From: Armatimonadota bacterium
GTDB lineage: Bacteria > Armatimonadota > UBA5829 > DTLH01
Length of the DNA stretch: 64,000 nucleotides
Direction of reading: 5' to 3'
Assembly: GCA_038207085.1 (NCBI GenBank)
Contig: JBBRAE010000010.1
Location: forward strand, 23,661 to 87,660
Part shown: positions 10,401 through 19,433 of the stretch, in pieces
Position numbering within the stretch: position 1 is the first letter of the stretch
How the letters are laid out: every line of letters starts with the position of its first letter
Program-made: the position numbers and the translations under genes
Notes under the pieces: model-generated
Told to the model about the DNA's origin: nothing
The model's input: the letters and a program-made list of their open reading frames with translations, nothing else
Databases searched by the model: none

Positions 10401-11917
10401 GCAAACTCGTCGACAAACCGAGTATCTGCGAGCTTCCGGCGACTGTCGTTTACCAGCTCTCTGCTATGAACACCGGTGACACGACGGTCTCGATGCAGAT
10501 CTACGACGCGGCGCTTGGGATCAACCAGATCTTCACCGGAGTCAAACCCGGCGAAACCAAGTCCGTGACAGCCCAGAAGACCTTCGGAGTCGAGTTCTGC
10601 GGAAGCGACCCGATCATCAACACGATGCAGGTGTCGGCTGTGGCCGAAGGCGGATGCGTCTGCGGAACCACCTCAGCGACATCGGCCTGCACCGCGACGG
10701 TCACGCTCCCGAGAACGAGCCTACTGACCTGCTCGGGACTCATCAACGGACAGGAGGAGATACACCTCCTCAAGTCCGACCTGCCGACGACTCTGCACTA
10801 TCAGTTCCAGCTCTGTAACACAGGTCAGGTGAGTCTGGACTGCGAGCTTGAGCTGCCCAACGTTCCCTCGGGAACTATATTCGACACCCCGGGCGACGCT
10901 GACGGCAAATGGCGCTACACCCTGGCCGCGGGCGAATGCAAGACCATCCTCGGCGAGATATTCGTCACCCCCGATATGGTGCCCTGTCCGGGCCAGATCG
11001 AGTGGAACACGCCGATGATCATCACAGCTGAACCGTCACAGGGCGAGTGCGCTTGTCCGGTAGTGATGACGGATTCGTGCAGCCCGGTTGTTACCATCGG
11101 CTGTCCAGGGCTTTCTCAGGCATATCCTGCGACAAGCCTCGGTAAGGATGCCTCGTTTGTGGGTTACCAGGGCAGAGGCGGAGATGTCATCAACGCTATC
11201 GGTGGCATATTCAGCATCGTCCCGGGTAACAAGTGGAGCAACTTCATCAAGGCTGCGCGCGACGGTTGGGCCGGCGGCTACACTGTCAAGAACATAGTAT
11301 TGAGGAAAGAGACTCCTGAGTTCATCCAGTGCAACGAGGTCTACAAGCCTCGGAAGGTCGTCCAGCAGGGAACGGTAAACATCCGCACCTGGTGGCCGCT
11401 TATGTATGAGGCTCCGGGAACCCAGTGGACGTTGACCATCCTTTACGGAACCGGTCAAGTCCGGGTCGGACCGAACGTAAACGACGTAACCAACTACGAC
11501 TACGACGGCACAGGCCCACTGCCTGCGGCGACAGTTCACACCGACACCTGGGACTGGAAGGTCGACGCTGACCTCAGCACTCTGGGCAGGCTCCTTGACC
11601 TGTTCCACGAGATTCCGTTCGGGATGGACGAAGTCCCGCTGATCTCGGATGAGGTTCTCTACCCCGCACTGAAAGCTAAGCTTGCGGAGGTCGAGGCTTT
11701 CGTCAGGACCAACAACACCGCCGAAGCCGGGCTCGCCTTTGGTGAGTTCGAGCTTATGGTGGAGGATGCATGCATTTCCTCCTCGCCGGTGCTGCCGTAT
11801 CCCACCAACAACGGGACGGGAATCGCACAGTCAAGCGAGAACCCGGCCTGCTGCAAGATACTGATCGACGTGGAGTATATTGCAAAGAAGCTGGGATTGT
11901 TCGTAACAGGTAAGTAA
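7409..11917 (+). CDS. Large secreted Cys/Thr-rich repeat protein (seven ~114-aa Ig-like repeats) with an uncharacterised C-terminal domain
   Basis: Strong SD and signal peptide; repeat motif CxKxxDKxxLCxLPxTVTYT...LGVxQTFTGV...FCGSxPFVNTMT. Confidence 0.9.
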   Translation: MKALDFRMAVVALVFVTILTAASGALANTLTLTGDIDTDFLGKPGVIIKDGTFFQPNYTNGGAPLAAFRPNGSRLIAEGTQVPSGFHVSRVAVNYDCKTDTVYVGFDVSNPTLDATPLPTGEISRAWDADGDGDPCTVTNSMLNDTGEIDTGLPGNDDIPTADRIELSEKYILFLKFGGLNVTLRTYDDGTSIADDAVSPNFLHKHYGNPCPESPIIHATLSAVNGGVISLPGKGVDFDVVYVNSGKANYDTHRDIEFVIKGLKNVVPAGTNLQTLCSMNLSTFTDSDYDASSEASLDWKTFDFVSTAAPVVTCEKSVDTPQLSSLPATVTYTLKATNESPDGTNENITIFDPDLGVDQTFTGVAKGQTKTVTVQKTFGAEFCGSAPFVNTMYVSAVPADCCSTGAATSSCSATVTPPPPANVSVSCTKVADKTKLCQLPDTVKYTITARNTSSTDTTVTMRVVDAKLGVDQTFTGVKPGDVKTIEVNKTFGTDFCGSDPYVNTVTVSATAEGWACGVTSATSACTATVNPPDLAKVKVSCTKVADAARLCTLPTTVTYTITAKNDSETDTPVKLCIIDPQLGVNQCFDNVVKGETKTLQVQKVFGTDFCGSDPFVNTVTVSATALGCVCGTTSATSSCTTTISSPEIAKVVVSCSKVADKTTLCRLPDTVTYTLTATNNSITETPVTLCIIDPALGINQCFTAVAKGQSRSLQVQKTFGTDFCGSDPFVNTMTASGAAEGCGCGTVTAISTCSASVAPPPTANVQITCLKTVDKPKLCRLPESVTYTLSATNVSPTNTPVTLVISDPILGVNQTFTGVAKGQTKTVTVQKTFGVDFCGSAPFLNTMTASAGAEGCVCGTLTAVSTCTTKVEAPDTVIPKVTCLKTVDKVKLCTLPDTVTYTLQATNDSETNTALTLRIVDTKLGVDQTFTGVAKGQTKTVTVQKTFGADFCGSAPFLNTMTVSGTVEGCGCGTLTATSSCSASVGPPDTVKVDVSCSKLVDKPSICELPATVVYQLSAMNTGDTTVSMQIYDAALGINQIFTGVKPGETKSVTAQKTFGVEFCGSDPIINTMQVSAVAEGGCVCGTTSATSACTATVTLPRTSLLTCSGLINGQEEIHLLKSDLPTTLHYQFQLCNTGQVSLDCELELPNVPSGTIFDTPGDADGKWRYTLAAGECKTILGEIFVTPDMVPCPGQIEWNTPMIITAEPSQGECACPVVMTDSCSPVVTIGCPGLSQAYPATSLGKDASFVGYQGRGGDVINAIGGIFSIVPGNKWSNFIKAARDGWAGGYTVKNIVLRKETPEFIQCNEVYKPRKVVQQGTVNIRTWWPLMYEAPGTQWTLTILYGTGQVRVGPNVNDVTNYDYDGTGPLPAATVHTDTWDWKVDADLSTLGRLLDLFHEIPFGMDEVPLISDEVLYPALKAKLAEVEAFVRTNNTAEAGLAFGEFELMVEDACISSSPVLPYPTNNGTGIAQSSENPACCKILIDVEYIAKKLGLFVTGK
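8340..10710 (+). repeat. Intragenic tandem repeat, period about 342 bp, seven copies
   Basis: TTCTGCGGAAGCG-like anchor recurs near 8552, 8891, 9233, 9575, 9917, 10259 and 10595. Confidence 0.9.
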
Positions 11918-11963
11918 GCTACGGCGCGGCCCGGATCAACGATGCTCCCTGCCGCACACCACA

Positions 11964-11990
11964 GGGCCCCGAGAAATCGGGGCCCCTTTT
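11964..11990 (+). terminator. Intrinsic terminator
   Basis: GGGCCCCGA-GAAA-TCGGGGCCC followed by CTTTT. Confidence 0.85.
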
Positions 11991-12162
11991 AGTTTATAGA
12001 CCCCATAAAACCCCACCCATCGAGCAGTGAGGTATGGATTGCGGCGGGCGAGCGCCGCTTTCACGGATGATCCGACAGACGCAGACTGTATGCTGCGCGA
12101 ACACCTCATACCGCAGACTGACGGCCTGCGCTCACCCGAGTTCCCGCAGCCCACACATCTTC

Positions 12163-12270
12163 TCAGCTTGCGATAAGCGCCCCATCTGGGCCTTCGGTAG
12201 TAATGGACAACTGTCCCGTCAGGTCCTGTTTCTTCAAGGACGGCGGGAACTCCTCCTGTTATGTCAATAG
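12163..12270 (-). pseudogene. Possible degenerate RHS/YD-repeat gene fragment
   Basis: Reads IDITGGVPAVLEETGPDGTVVHYYR, then after a 1-nt shift GPDGALIAS*, which resembles an RHS repeat unit. Confidence 0.4.
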
Positions 12271-12280
12271 ACAAAGCAGA

Positions 12281-12307
12281 GGCCCCGGAAGTGTTCTTCC
12301 CGGGGCC
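12281..12307 (-). terminator. Terminator of the FN3/LVIVD gene
   Basis: GGCCCCGGAAG / CTTCCCGGGGCC inverted repeat downstream of the stop codon. Confidence 0.7.
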
Positions 12308-12334
12308 CAATTTGCATTCGGATGGATAGTTCGG

Positions 12335-15300
12335 CTACTTGGTGAACACCCCAATACCGGACTTGCTGTCGGCGGTCACTATCAGATCGCCGCCCACTGC
12401 GATGTCCTGGCAGGATCCGGGGCCGTTGTAGGTCCCGACTATCCTCGGCATCTCGATGTTCTCGATGTCGAGCACCTTCATCCCCATTCCCCCGCCCGCG
12501 ATGTAGAGGAAATCCCCCTGCAGCACGCACGACTGAGGAAGGGTGTTGATCAGGCCAGTCTGATACTGCGCGACGATCCTCATAGCCGAGGGGTTGGCAA
12601 TGTCTACCACAAACATCCCGCTTGCGTCAGCCGAGAGAAACGCGTAGCCACCGGAGATGGTCACGTCAAAGGCTCCGTTGCAGGGATAGATCACGCCAAG
12701 CACTCTTGGAGAAGAGGGCACCGATATGTCCACTGAGACCAGGCTCACTGGGTAGCTTGTCGTAACATAAGCCGTGTTCCCTGAGACTGCGGCCTTCCAG
12801 GCTGTCCCCACAAGCTGGGTGTTTCCCAAAAGGCGGGGCGCGTAGGGGTTGGAGATATCTACTACAGAGACCCCTTTGGTCGCATCGGCTATAACGGCTC
12901 TGTTGCCTGACACCGCCACTCCGTAGGCTGAGCCTGGAGTGATCACAGTGCTTGTGACGTATGCGCTGTAGGGGTTGGTGATATCCACCACCTTCAGGTC
13001 ACCACCTGAGGCAAGATAGGCGAAGTTGCCAGAGGTCGCTACGTCCGAAGAGCGTTCGGTGAAGGTCTTGGCGACCCTCGGATAGTCCGGCGTCGAAAGG
13101 TCGATGATCTCGGTCCCCCGAGTCGTCCCCGCGATTACCGCGGCGTTTGCGCTCGTAGAGTAGCCGATCTTGTAAGCGTTCGATGTCTGGACCGCACTAC
13201 CGACAGGTGACAGGCTCGCGATGTTGGACAGGTCTGAGATAAACAGCCCCATCCCAAAGCTCGCCGTGTACAGCTTGCCGTTCTTCACGTCGCACCCGTT
13301 CGGCAGGCAGCGCACCTGACTTGTGTCGTACTGCGCGACGATCCTCATAGCCGAGGGGTTGGCAATGTCTACCACAAACATCCCACTTGCGTCAGCTGAA
13401 AGAAACGCGTAGCCACCGGAGAGAGTCACGTCAAAGGCTCCGTTGCAGGGATAGATCACACCAAGCACTCTTGGAGAAGAGGGCACCGATATGTCCACTG
13501 AGACCAGGCTCACTGGGTAGCTTGTCGTGACATAAGCCGTATTCCCTGAAACTGCGGCCTTCCAGGCTGTACCTGTGAGCTGCACGTTTCCCAAGAGACA
13601 GGGCGCATAGGGGTTGGTGATATCTACTACAGAGACCCCTTTGGTAGCGTCAGCTATAACGGCTCTGTTGCCTGACACCGCCACTCCGTAGGCTGAGCCT
13701 GGAGTAATCACAGTGCTTGTGACGTACGCGCTGTAGGGGTTGGTGATATCAACCACCTTCAGGTCACCACCTGAGGCAAGATAGGCGAAGTTACCAGAGG
13801 TCGCTACATCAACCGCGTTGCCGCTGATTGAGGTAGCCACCCGCGGGTAAACGGGGTCGCGCACGTCGACGATATCGGTTCCCCGAGGAGTGCCGACCGC
13901 AACAGCGACTCCACCGGACACTGCGATCTGCGAGGCCGGTCCCGCCGGGTGCTGAGAGCCGATCACATAGGGCGCGGCGGGGTTGGTAACGTCCACAACG
14001 ACCACACCAAACGGGTCGGAGGCGACATATGCCATGGTTCCTGCAACCGTCACGTCGCCGATGGAACCAAGATCGCTTAAGAAACCGACAAGCTCAGGGT
14101 TTGGAAGCGGCTTGGAAAGCGTCTGCACCGGAAGGGTGTTCGAGTAGTCCGAAACCGAGCCGATCGCCTTCACCCTATACTCATAGTAACTGTCATGAAC
14201 GCATGTCTTGTCGGAGTAAGCCGTGGTGTTTGCAGGCAGAGTCACAAGGACCGACCAAACACCGGCCACGCTGCGTTCCAGTACAATGTTGGTCTCCATC
14301 ACCGAGTTATCGACCCACGCAAGGTCAATCTCAGTGTCGGAAATGTGCGTCGCGGTGAGGTTCGACGGCGCTTTCAGCTTGGTCGTGCCGAAAGTCTCGG
14401 ACGCAGATGAGCTGCCAAGCGAGTTGTAAGCCGAAACCCGGTAGTAGTAGGTCGTGTCCTCAAAAAGCCCCGCGTTTGAGTAGCTCGGAGAGGTCACAAG
14501 CGCGATCTGGGAATAAGGCCCCAAAGCGGCGCTTGCCCTCTCGATCTTGTAGCCGTCGATGCTCGCCTGCACCGGGTTCCAGACCAGGTTGAGCGAGTAT
14601 TCGGTGCGGCTTATGACCGTGAGCCCCGCAGGAGCCGGAATAGCGGTATTCGCTCCGACGACGTTGGAATACGCCGAGTCACCGGTCGAGTTGTGTGCTT
14701 TTACTCTGTAGAAATAGCTCGCGGGAGCGGCCCGGCCGGTGTCCGACCACGATACCGTTCCAGCGCCAAGAGTCGCGACCTCGACAAAAGGCCCACTCAC
14801 TGAAGATGAGCGTTCGACCCTGTAATCGGACTCGTTGGTCGCGTTGTCGGCCCAGGCGAGGTTGATCTGGCCTGCTGAGACGGCCACGGCAGAGAGCGCA
14901 GTTGGGCCAGCCGGAAGCGGGATCTTGGTCATCGCGCTCGCGGTGTTGGAGTAAGGCGAGTTGCCGCCGCTGTTGTAGGCGCAGACCCTGTAGTAGTAGG
15001 TCGTCCCAGCGACAAGACCTGAATTGGTCCACTCCGAAGTGTTCGCGCCGACGTTTGCGACCTCGACAAACGGGCCGGAGGCGCTGGCGCTTCGCTCGAT
15101 CTTCATCCCCATCTCTCCAACCGCCCCATCAAACCACGCAAGCTTGATCTCGCTTGTGGAAAGCGGGGTTGCGACAAGTGAGCTCGGCGTGATCGGCGCA
15201 GGAGTTATAGTCGAGACAGTCACAGTGTTTGAATAGTCGGAGTTGGCGACGGTGTTGTAGGCGCAAACCCTGTAGTAGTAGGTCTTTGAAGCGGTCACAT

Positions 15301-17875
15301 AAAGGTCTGCGTAGGTGGAAACCCCAGCGCCGACGCTTGCGAGATAGGTGAACGGGCCGTTCTCGGCCAGGGATTTTTCGATCCTAAAGCCGGTCTCGTT
15401 GCCCGAGTTGTCCTTCCATGACAGATCGACGCGCGTGGCGGAGGCGGGTGACCCGACCAAGTTGCTTGGAGCAGCCGGGCCGACGCCCGAGGTCATCGCC
15501 GAAGCGGTGTTGGAGTAACCCGAAACACCCGCCGCGCCGATGGCGCAGACCCGGTAGTAGTAGGTCGAAGCCGACACAAGGCCCGTGTCCGTGTAAGCGA
15601 CTACTCCTGCGCCAAGTGTCTTCACCTCGACAAAGGGCCCCGTGGAGCTGGTCGCGCGATCCACCCTGAACCCCGTTTCGCTTGATGAGTTGTCCCACCA
15701 GGAAAGGTTGACCGAGTTTGCAGAGACTCCCATCCCCGACAGATTGCTCGGCGCAGTTGGAACATTGGGAAGAGTCGTCGCGGAGGCGACGCCCAAATAT
15801 ACGGAGTCACCGCAAGCGTTGGTCGCTCGGACACGGTAGAAATAAGTAGTCTCAGAAGAGAGCGCTGAGTCAGTGAAGCTTGTTACGCCCGCGCCCACTG
15901 TGCTGATCTGGACAAACGGCCCGCCCGCGTTTGTGCCGCGTTCCACTTTGAACCCGGTCTCATTGGGCGAGTTGTCGCTCCAGCCAAGCAATATCTGAGT
16001 GGTCGAAACAGCGCTCGCCGACGGACCTGTCGGTGCATCAGGAACCGCGCACGGAGTCGTCGCGCTTGCCGTGTTGGAGTAGGTCGAGCGCCCGACGGAG
16101 TTCTCCGCTGCGACTCTGTAGAAATAGGTGATCCCAGCAGCGCACCCGGTGTCCGTGTAGCTCATGACCCCCGCGCCTACATCTGCGACAAACTCGAATG
16201 GTCCACCCGAAGCGGCCGCGCGCTCGATGCGAAAACGGGTTTCGTCTGACGAGTTGTCAAGCCACAAAAGGCCGATCTGGCCGGGCACGGAGGCGCTCGC
16301 AGAAAGTCCGCTTGGAGCCATCGGGGCCGTCTGGCCCGTCGAGGCGCTGGCGATGTTGGTGTAATCCGAACCGCCACCCGCGTTGACCGCGCGCACCCGG
16401 TACCGGTAGGGAGTAGACCCGGCAAGCCCGGTGTTGGAATAGCTCGATACTCCCGCGCTGACGCTTGCAACGAGCGCAAACTGTCCGGTTGTCCCGATCG
16501 CCCGCTCGATCTCAAACCCGGTTTCGTTGTTGGAGTTATCCGACCACACAAGGTTGATCTGGCTCGTCGAAACAGCCACCGCCTGGAGGCCGCTTGGATC
16601 AGCCGGAGGCAAAGCCTGGGTGGTCGCGTTGGCGACGTTGGAGTAGTACGAGCTGCCGCCCATGTTGTAGGCACAGACTCTGAAGTAGTATCTGGTCCCG
16701 GACCCGAGCCCGGTCACAGCCACGTTCTTCGACCCCACAGGCAGATCGGCGACCTGAGTCCACGGGCCGATCGCGACGGCGGACTGCTCCAGCTTGAACC
16801 CTGTCTCATTGTTTGAGGCATCGGTCCAAGTGAGGTTCACCTGACTTGCGGAGGCCGCAGCGGCGATCAGGCCAATCGGCGTCGCGGGCTTGGCAACATA
16901 GGTGATTACGGTCGCAACGTTGGAATAGCTTGAGTTACCCGCGGAGTTTACGGCGCGGACTCTGTAGTAAGCACTCGTCATAGAGCCGATTGATGCGTCA
17001 ATGTAGCCCTTAGAGTCAGCGGCAATGGTCGCAAGCTGTGCCCAGGGGCCAAGCGATGAACCCGCGCGCTCGACTTTGTAGCTTGCCTCATTGGTTGCGT
17101 TGTCTGCCCACGTGAGAGACACCTGACCGGCTGCGACAAGGCTCCCCGAAAGCCCGGTCGGGGTCGCGGGCGGGCCGGAAAGCGTCCCAATCGCGACTGT
17201 ATTGGAATAAGATGAAGAGCCGATGCCGTTGTAGGCTGCAACTCGATAGAAATACACCGTCGCCGATGAAAGAGCGGTGTCGGTGTAGCTTATGGAATTG
17301 GTCTTTGCGGCATATATCTGCGTCCAGGGGCCGTCAGCGCTCGGTGCGCGTTCGACTCGGAACCCCGTTTCAGTTGAAGCGTTGTCTGTCCAGGCGATCT
17401 TGATGCTGCTCGCCGAAAGCGCCGAGCCAACGAGCGAACTAGGGGCTGCGGGAGGGGTGGTTGGAGAAAACGCCAGAGTTGTCACCAATCGCGCAGTTGA
17501 GTCAACCTGCCCACCGGCGTAGATCGCCCTTACCTTTATATAGTAGGTGGTGCTGGAGGAGAGCCCGGGCACCGTAGCTTTGGAGTTGCTCGCAGGGCAA
17601 CTCACATAGTTGTACATAGAACTCGACGACCAGCCGTAATAGACACGATACTCGGTGACGCCGGAAAGGCCAAGTGAAGTCCACGACACCGAAACAGAGT
17701 TCGATGCGATGGAATCAACAGCAAGATAAATACCAGGCGCGGCCTGCGCCTGAAGTGAGGTAAAAAGCGATCCGACTACGAAAAGCGCCAGCAAAGCCGC
17801 CCGCGCAACCATTGACTGACAGGCGTGTCGAGTCAACAGAGCGCCGACGCAGGCTTCTCTTTTCCCATTCATCAT
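12335..17875 (-). CDS. Secreted protein with 13 fibronectin type III domains and C-terminal LVIVD repeats
   Basis: PxAPSxL...LxWxDNSxNETGFxIER...YYYRVxAxN repeats followed by LxVVDIxNP repeats. Start set at ATG 17875 (AGGAGG SD). Confidence 0.92.
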   Translation of the reverse strand: MMNGKREACVGALLTRHACQSMVARAALLALFVVGSLFTSLQAQAAPGIYLAVDSIASNSVSVSWTSLGLSGVTEYRVYYGWSSSSMYNYVSCPASNSKATVPGLSSSTTYYIKVRAIYAGGQVDSTARLVTTLAFSPTTPPAAPSSLVGSALSASSIKIAWTDNASTETGFRVERAPSADGPWTQIYAAKTNSISYTDTALSSATVYFYRVAAYNGIGSSSYSNTVAIGTLSGPPATPTGLSGSLVAAGQVSLTWADNATNEASYKVERAGSSLGPWAQLATIAADSKGYIDASIGSMTSAYYRVRAVNSAGNSSYSNVATVITYVAKPATPIGLIAAAASASQVNLTWTDASNNETGFKLEQSAVAIGPWTQVADLPVGSKNVAVTGLGSGTRYYFRVCAYNMGGSSYYSNVANATTQALPPADPSGLQAVAVSTSQINLVWSDNSNNETGFEIERAIGTTGQFALVASVSAGVSSYSNTGLAGSTPYRYRVRAVNAGGGSDYTNIASASTGQTAPMAPSGLSASASVPGQIGLLWLDNSSDETRFRIERAAASGGPFEFVADVGAGVMSYTDTGCAAGITYFYRVAAENSVGRSTYSNTASATTPCAVPDAPTGPSASAVSTTQILLGWSDNSPNETGFKVERGTNAGGPFVQISTVGAGVTSFTDSALSSETTYFYRVRATNACGDSVYLGVASATTLPNVPTAPSNLSGMGVSANSVNLSWWDNSSSETGFRVDRATSSTGPFVEVKTLGAGVVAYTDTGLVSASTYYYRVCAIGAAGVSGYSNTASAMTSGVGPAAPSNLVGSPASATRVDLSWKDNSGNETGFRIEKSLAENGPFTYLASVGAGVSTYADLYVTASKTYYYRVCAYNTVANSDYSNTVTVSTITPAPITPSSLVATPLSTSEIKLAWFDGAVGEMGMKIERSASASGPFVEVANVGANTSEWTNSGLVAGTTYYYRVCAYNSGGNSPYSNTASAMTKIPLPAGPTALSAVAVSAGQINLAWADNATNESDYRVERSSSVSGPFVEVATLGAGTVSWSDTGRAAPASYFYRVKAHNSTGDSAYSNVVGANTAIPAPAGLTVISRTEYSLNLVWNPVQASIDGYKIERASAALGPYSQIALVTSPSYSNAGLFEDTTYYYRVSAYNSLGSSSASETFGTTKLKAPSNLTATHISDTEIDLAWVDNSVMETNIVLERSVAGVWSVLVTLPANTTAYSDKTCVHDSYYEYRVKAIGSVSDYSNTLPVQTLSKPLPNPELVGFLSDLGSIGDVTVAGTMAYVASDPFGVVVVDVTNPAAPYVIGSQHPAGPASQIAVSGGVAVAVGTPRGTDIVDVRDPVYPRVATSISGNAVDVATSGNFAYLASGGDLKVVDITNPYSAYVTSTVITPGSAYGVAVSGNRAVIADATKGVSVVDITNPYAPCLLGNVQLTGTAWKAAVSGNTAYVTTSYPVSLVSVDISVPSSPRVLGVIYPCNGAFDVTLSGGYAFLSADASGMFVVDIANPSAMRIVAQYDTSQVRCLPNGCDVKNGKLYTASFGMGLFISDLSNIASLSPVGSAVQTSNAYKIGYSTSANAAVIAGTTRGTEIIDLSTPDYPRVAKTFTERSSDVATSGNFAYLASGGDLKVVDITNPYSAYVTSTVITPGSAYGVAVSGNRAVIADATKGVSVVDISNPYAPRLLGNTQLVGTAWKAAVSGNTAYVTTSYPVSLVSVDISVPSSPRVLGVIYPCNGAFDVTISGGYAFLSADASGMFVVDIANPSAMRIVAQYQTGLINTLPQSCVLQGDFLYIAGGGMGMKVLDIENIEMPRIVGTYNGPGSCQDIAVGGDLIVTADSKSGIGVFTK
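12564..13810 (-). repeat. Recent internal duplication (~480 bp, 765-bp offset) in the LVIVD region
   Basis: 12564-13045 is nearly identical to 13329-13810. Confidence 0.9.
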
Positions 17876-18075
17876 TTGTAAGTGCCTCCTTAAACTACCA
17901 TTGAGCCACTTAGCTTCACGAAGTCTGGCTTTGCCAAGTACGTAGTAACACCTACGGGGATCGTGTGCGCATCCTTGCGGCTTCTCAGTCGTCGCCAAAA
18001 ATCACATCCGGCCCCATTTCCAGCAAAGCGCTGGATGGAGCATCTTTGGATGTCCGGCATGCGACCATTTTGTGC

Positions 18076-18104
18076 ATTATAACATGGAGACTTGAACCCC
18101 GCAA
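18076..18104 (-). promoter_or_regulatory. sigma70-type promoter for the FN3 gene
   Basis: TTGCGG-N17-TATAAT with an extended TG. Confidence 0.55.
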
Positions 18105-18441
18105 ACTAGCTGTGCTGTATGCACCCATCCTGGATAAAACGACTTCTTCAGCTTCCATTTGTGGCTTTTCGCCCGGAAGATCCCAATCCCGTTGTGTTAG
18201 TTCGCGCTATAATGCGCCTATTGCATGGTCTTCCGGTTTCTTTGTTCCACGCACGTCGACGCGCGGTGTCAGTAATAAATACCGGTTTGGGGCAAACACG
18301 GTAGCTGTTGGCCGCAATTTTGCCCAATATGCGCTAATTAACATAACTATAAACTCTTCTGGTCCGTTATGTCAACATGTGGCATCCTCGTTTAAACCAG
18401 GCGACAAAGAAACCCCGGCGCCCTCTGCGACAGGCGTACGT

Positions 18442-18486
18442 AAAAACGGCGGGCAACCAGTGAATATTCACTGGTTGCCCGCCGTT
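18442..18486 (-). terminator. Terminator of rpsF-ssb-rpsR
   Basis: Perfect 42-bp palindrome at 18445-18486 running into a T tract on the minus strand. Confidence 0.85.
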
Positions 18487-18502
18487 CTGGTATTGTTACG
18501 GC

Positions 18503-18745
18503 TTACTCCGCGGTAAACGGCAGCAGGCAGATTTCCCTTGAGCGCTTGATTGCGCGGGTCATCGCCCTCTGGTGTGAAGCACAGTTTCCGGTCGTTCGGC
18601 GCGGGAGAATTTTCCCACGGTCCGAGACGTATCTTCTGAGCTTAGAGGCGTTCTTGTAATCGATGAACGTTACTTTATCGACGCAGAACGCGCACACCTT
18701 CCGCCTAGGCCTCCGGAACTTACCGGGTTTTCTTGGTGGCGGCAT
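18503..18745 (-). CDS. rpsR: 30S ribosomal protein S18 (zinc-binding type)
   Basis: CAFC...IDYKN...[17 protein letters not shown]...AIKRSR. Confidence 0.98.
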   Translation of the reverse strand: MPPPRKPGKFRRPRRKVCAFCVDKVTFIDYKNASKLRRYVSDRGKILPRRTTGNCASHQRAMTRAIKRSREICLLPFTAE

Positions 18746-18763
18746 TTCGCGTATCCTCCGTTA

Positions 18764-19189
18764 TTATTCCTCGGCGAACGGGTCGTAGTCCGCCTCACTC
18801 TCGTCCGTCGCGGCAGGCACGGGTATGTCACCCACACCACCGGGATGCTCGGCTCCCATCTGGTCTTTCGGTCTGTCGAGACCGGTCACGCGTTCTGCGA
18901 CCACTTCGACAGTATTTCGCTTTGTCCCATCCTGTGCAACCCAGCTTCTGGCCTGCAATCTTCCTTCAACGGCAACCAGCCTACCCTTGCCGAGATAATT
19001 CGCGGCAAACTCGGCAGACTGCCTCCACGTAACGATATTGAACCAGTCCGTCTCCGACTCACCAGTCTGCTGAGACTTGAACGGCCTGTTCACGGCAATG
19101 CTAAACGTCGCCACTGCGACGCCACTCGGAGTATATCTAAGCTCCGGATCCCTGCCGACTCTTCCAATAAGTACCACTTGATTCAACAT
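18764..19189 (-). CDS. ssb: Single-stranded DNA-binding protein
   Basis: NQVVLIGRVGRDPELRYTPSG...VEGRLQ; acidic tail YDPFAEE. Confidence 0.98.
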   Translation of the reverse strand: MLNQVVLIGRVGRDPELRYTPSGVAVATFSIAVNRPFKSQQTGESETDWFNIVTWRQSAEFAANYLGKGRLVAVEGRLQARSWVAQDGTKRNTVEVVAERVTGLDRPKDQMGAEHPGGVGDIPVPAATDESEADYDPFAEE

Positions 19190-19257
19190 TATCTAATCCT
19201 CCGGATACCAAGTTTATCGCGCACACAAGTGGCAAACAAGTGCATGCACTCGTTTTC

Positions 19258-19433
19258 GAGCACCCCGGCGCATTCGCCGACATGCCCACTTGAACACTCA
19301 GGTTCATACTAAGAATGGGTAAAACACCGACCTGATGAGACTTCGAGCCTCAAGCTGGTTCGGGGTGGACTTTCTTATCAAAAATCGTCAACCCAGTCAA
19401 ACCGCGCGGACGGCAACTACGTGAAACCAGCGC
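19258..19433 (-). ncRNA. ssrS: Probable 6S RNA
   Basis: About 175-nt rod: CGUAGUUGCCG/CGGCGAAUGCG, UUUGA/UCAAG, GGGUU/AACCU, an AU-rich central bubble and apical stem UGAGGCU/AGUCUCA. The 3' arm UGAACCUGAGUGUUCAAG resembles the 6S motif. G-U wobbles favour the minus strand. Confidence 0.75.

Noticed and set aside
8530..10773. Long antisense and alternative-frame ORFs over the repeat protein (e.g. 8633..10240), and similar shadow ORFs elsewhere
   Set aside because: Shadow frames of GC-rich coding sequence with no protein-like features.
12564..13810. Template/variable repeat pair of a diversity-generating retroelement
   Set aside because: Both copies are in-frame coding, the differences do not look adenine-specific, and no reverse transcriptase is present in the window.
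18309..18324. GG-N10-GC sigma54-like motif on the + strand
   Set aside because: Imperfect, and it points at a terminator with no downstream gene.
19331..19355. CTGATGAG suggesting a hammerhead ribozyme on the + strand
   Set aside because: No GAAA after the putative stem II; the region is better explained as the antisense of the 6S apical stem.
19366..19378. GAAAGTCC (RNase P RNA signature) on the minus strand
   Set aside because: The region is too short and lacks the other RNase P conserved regions.
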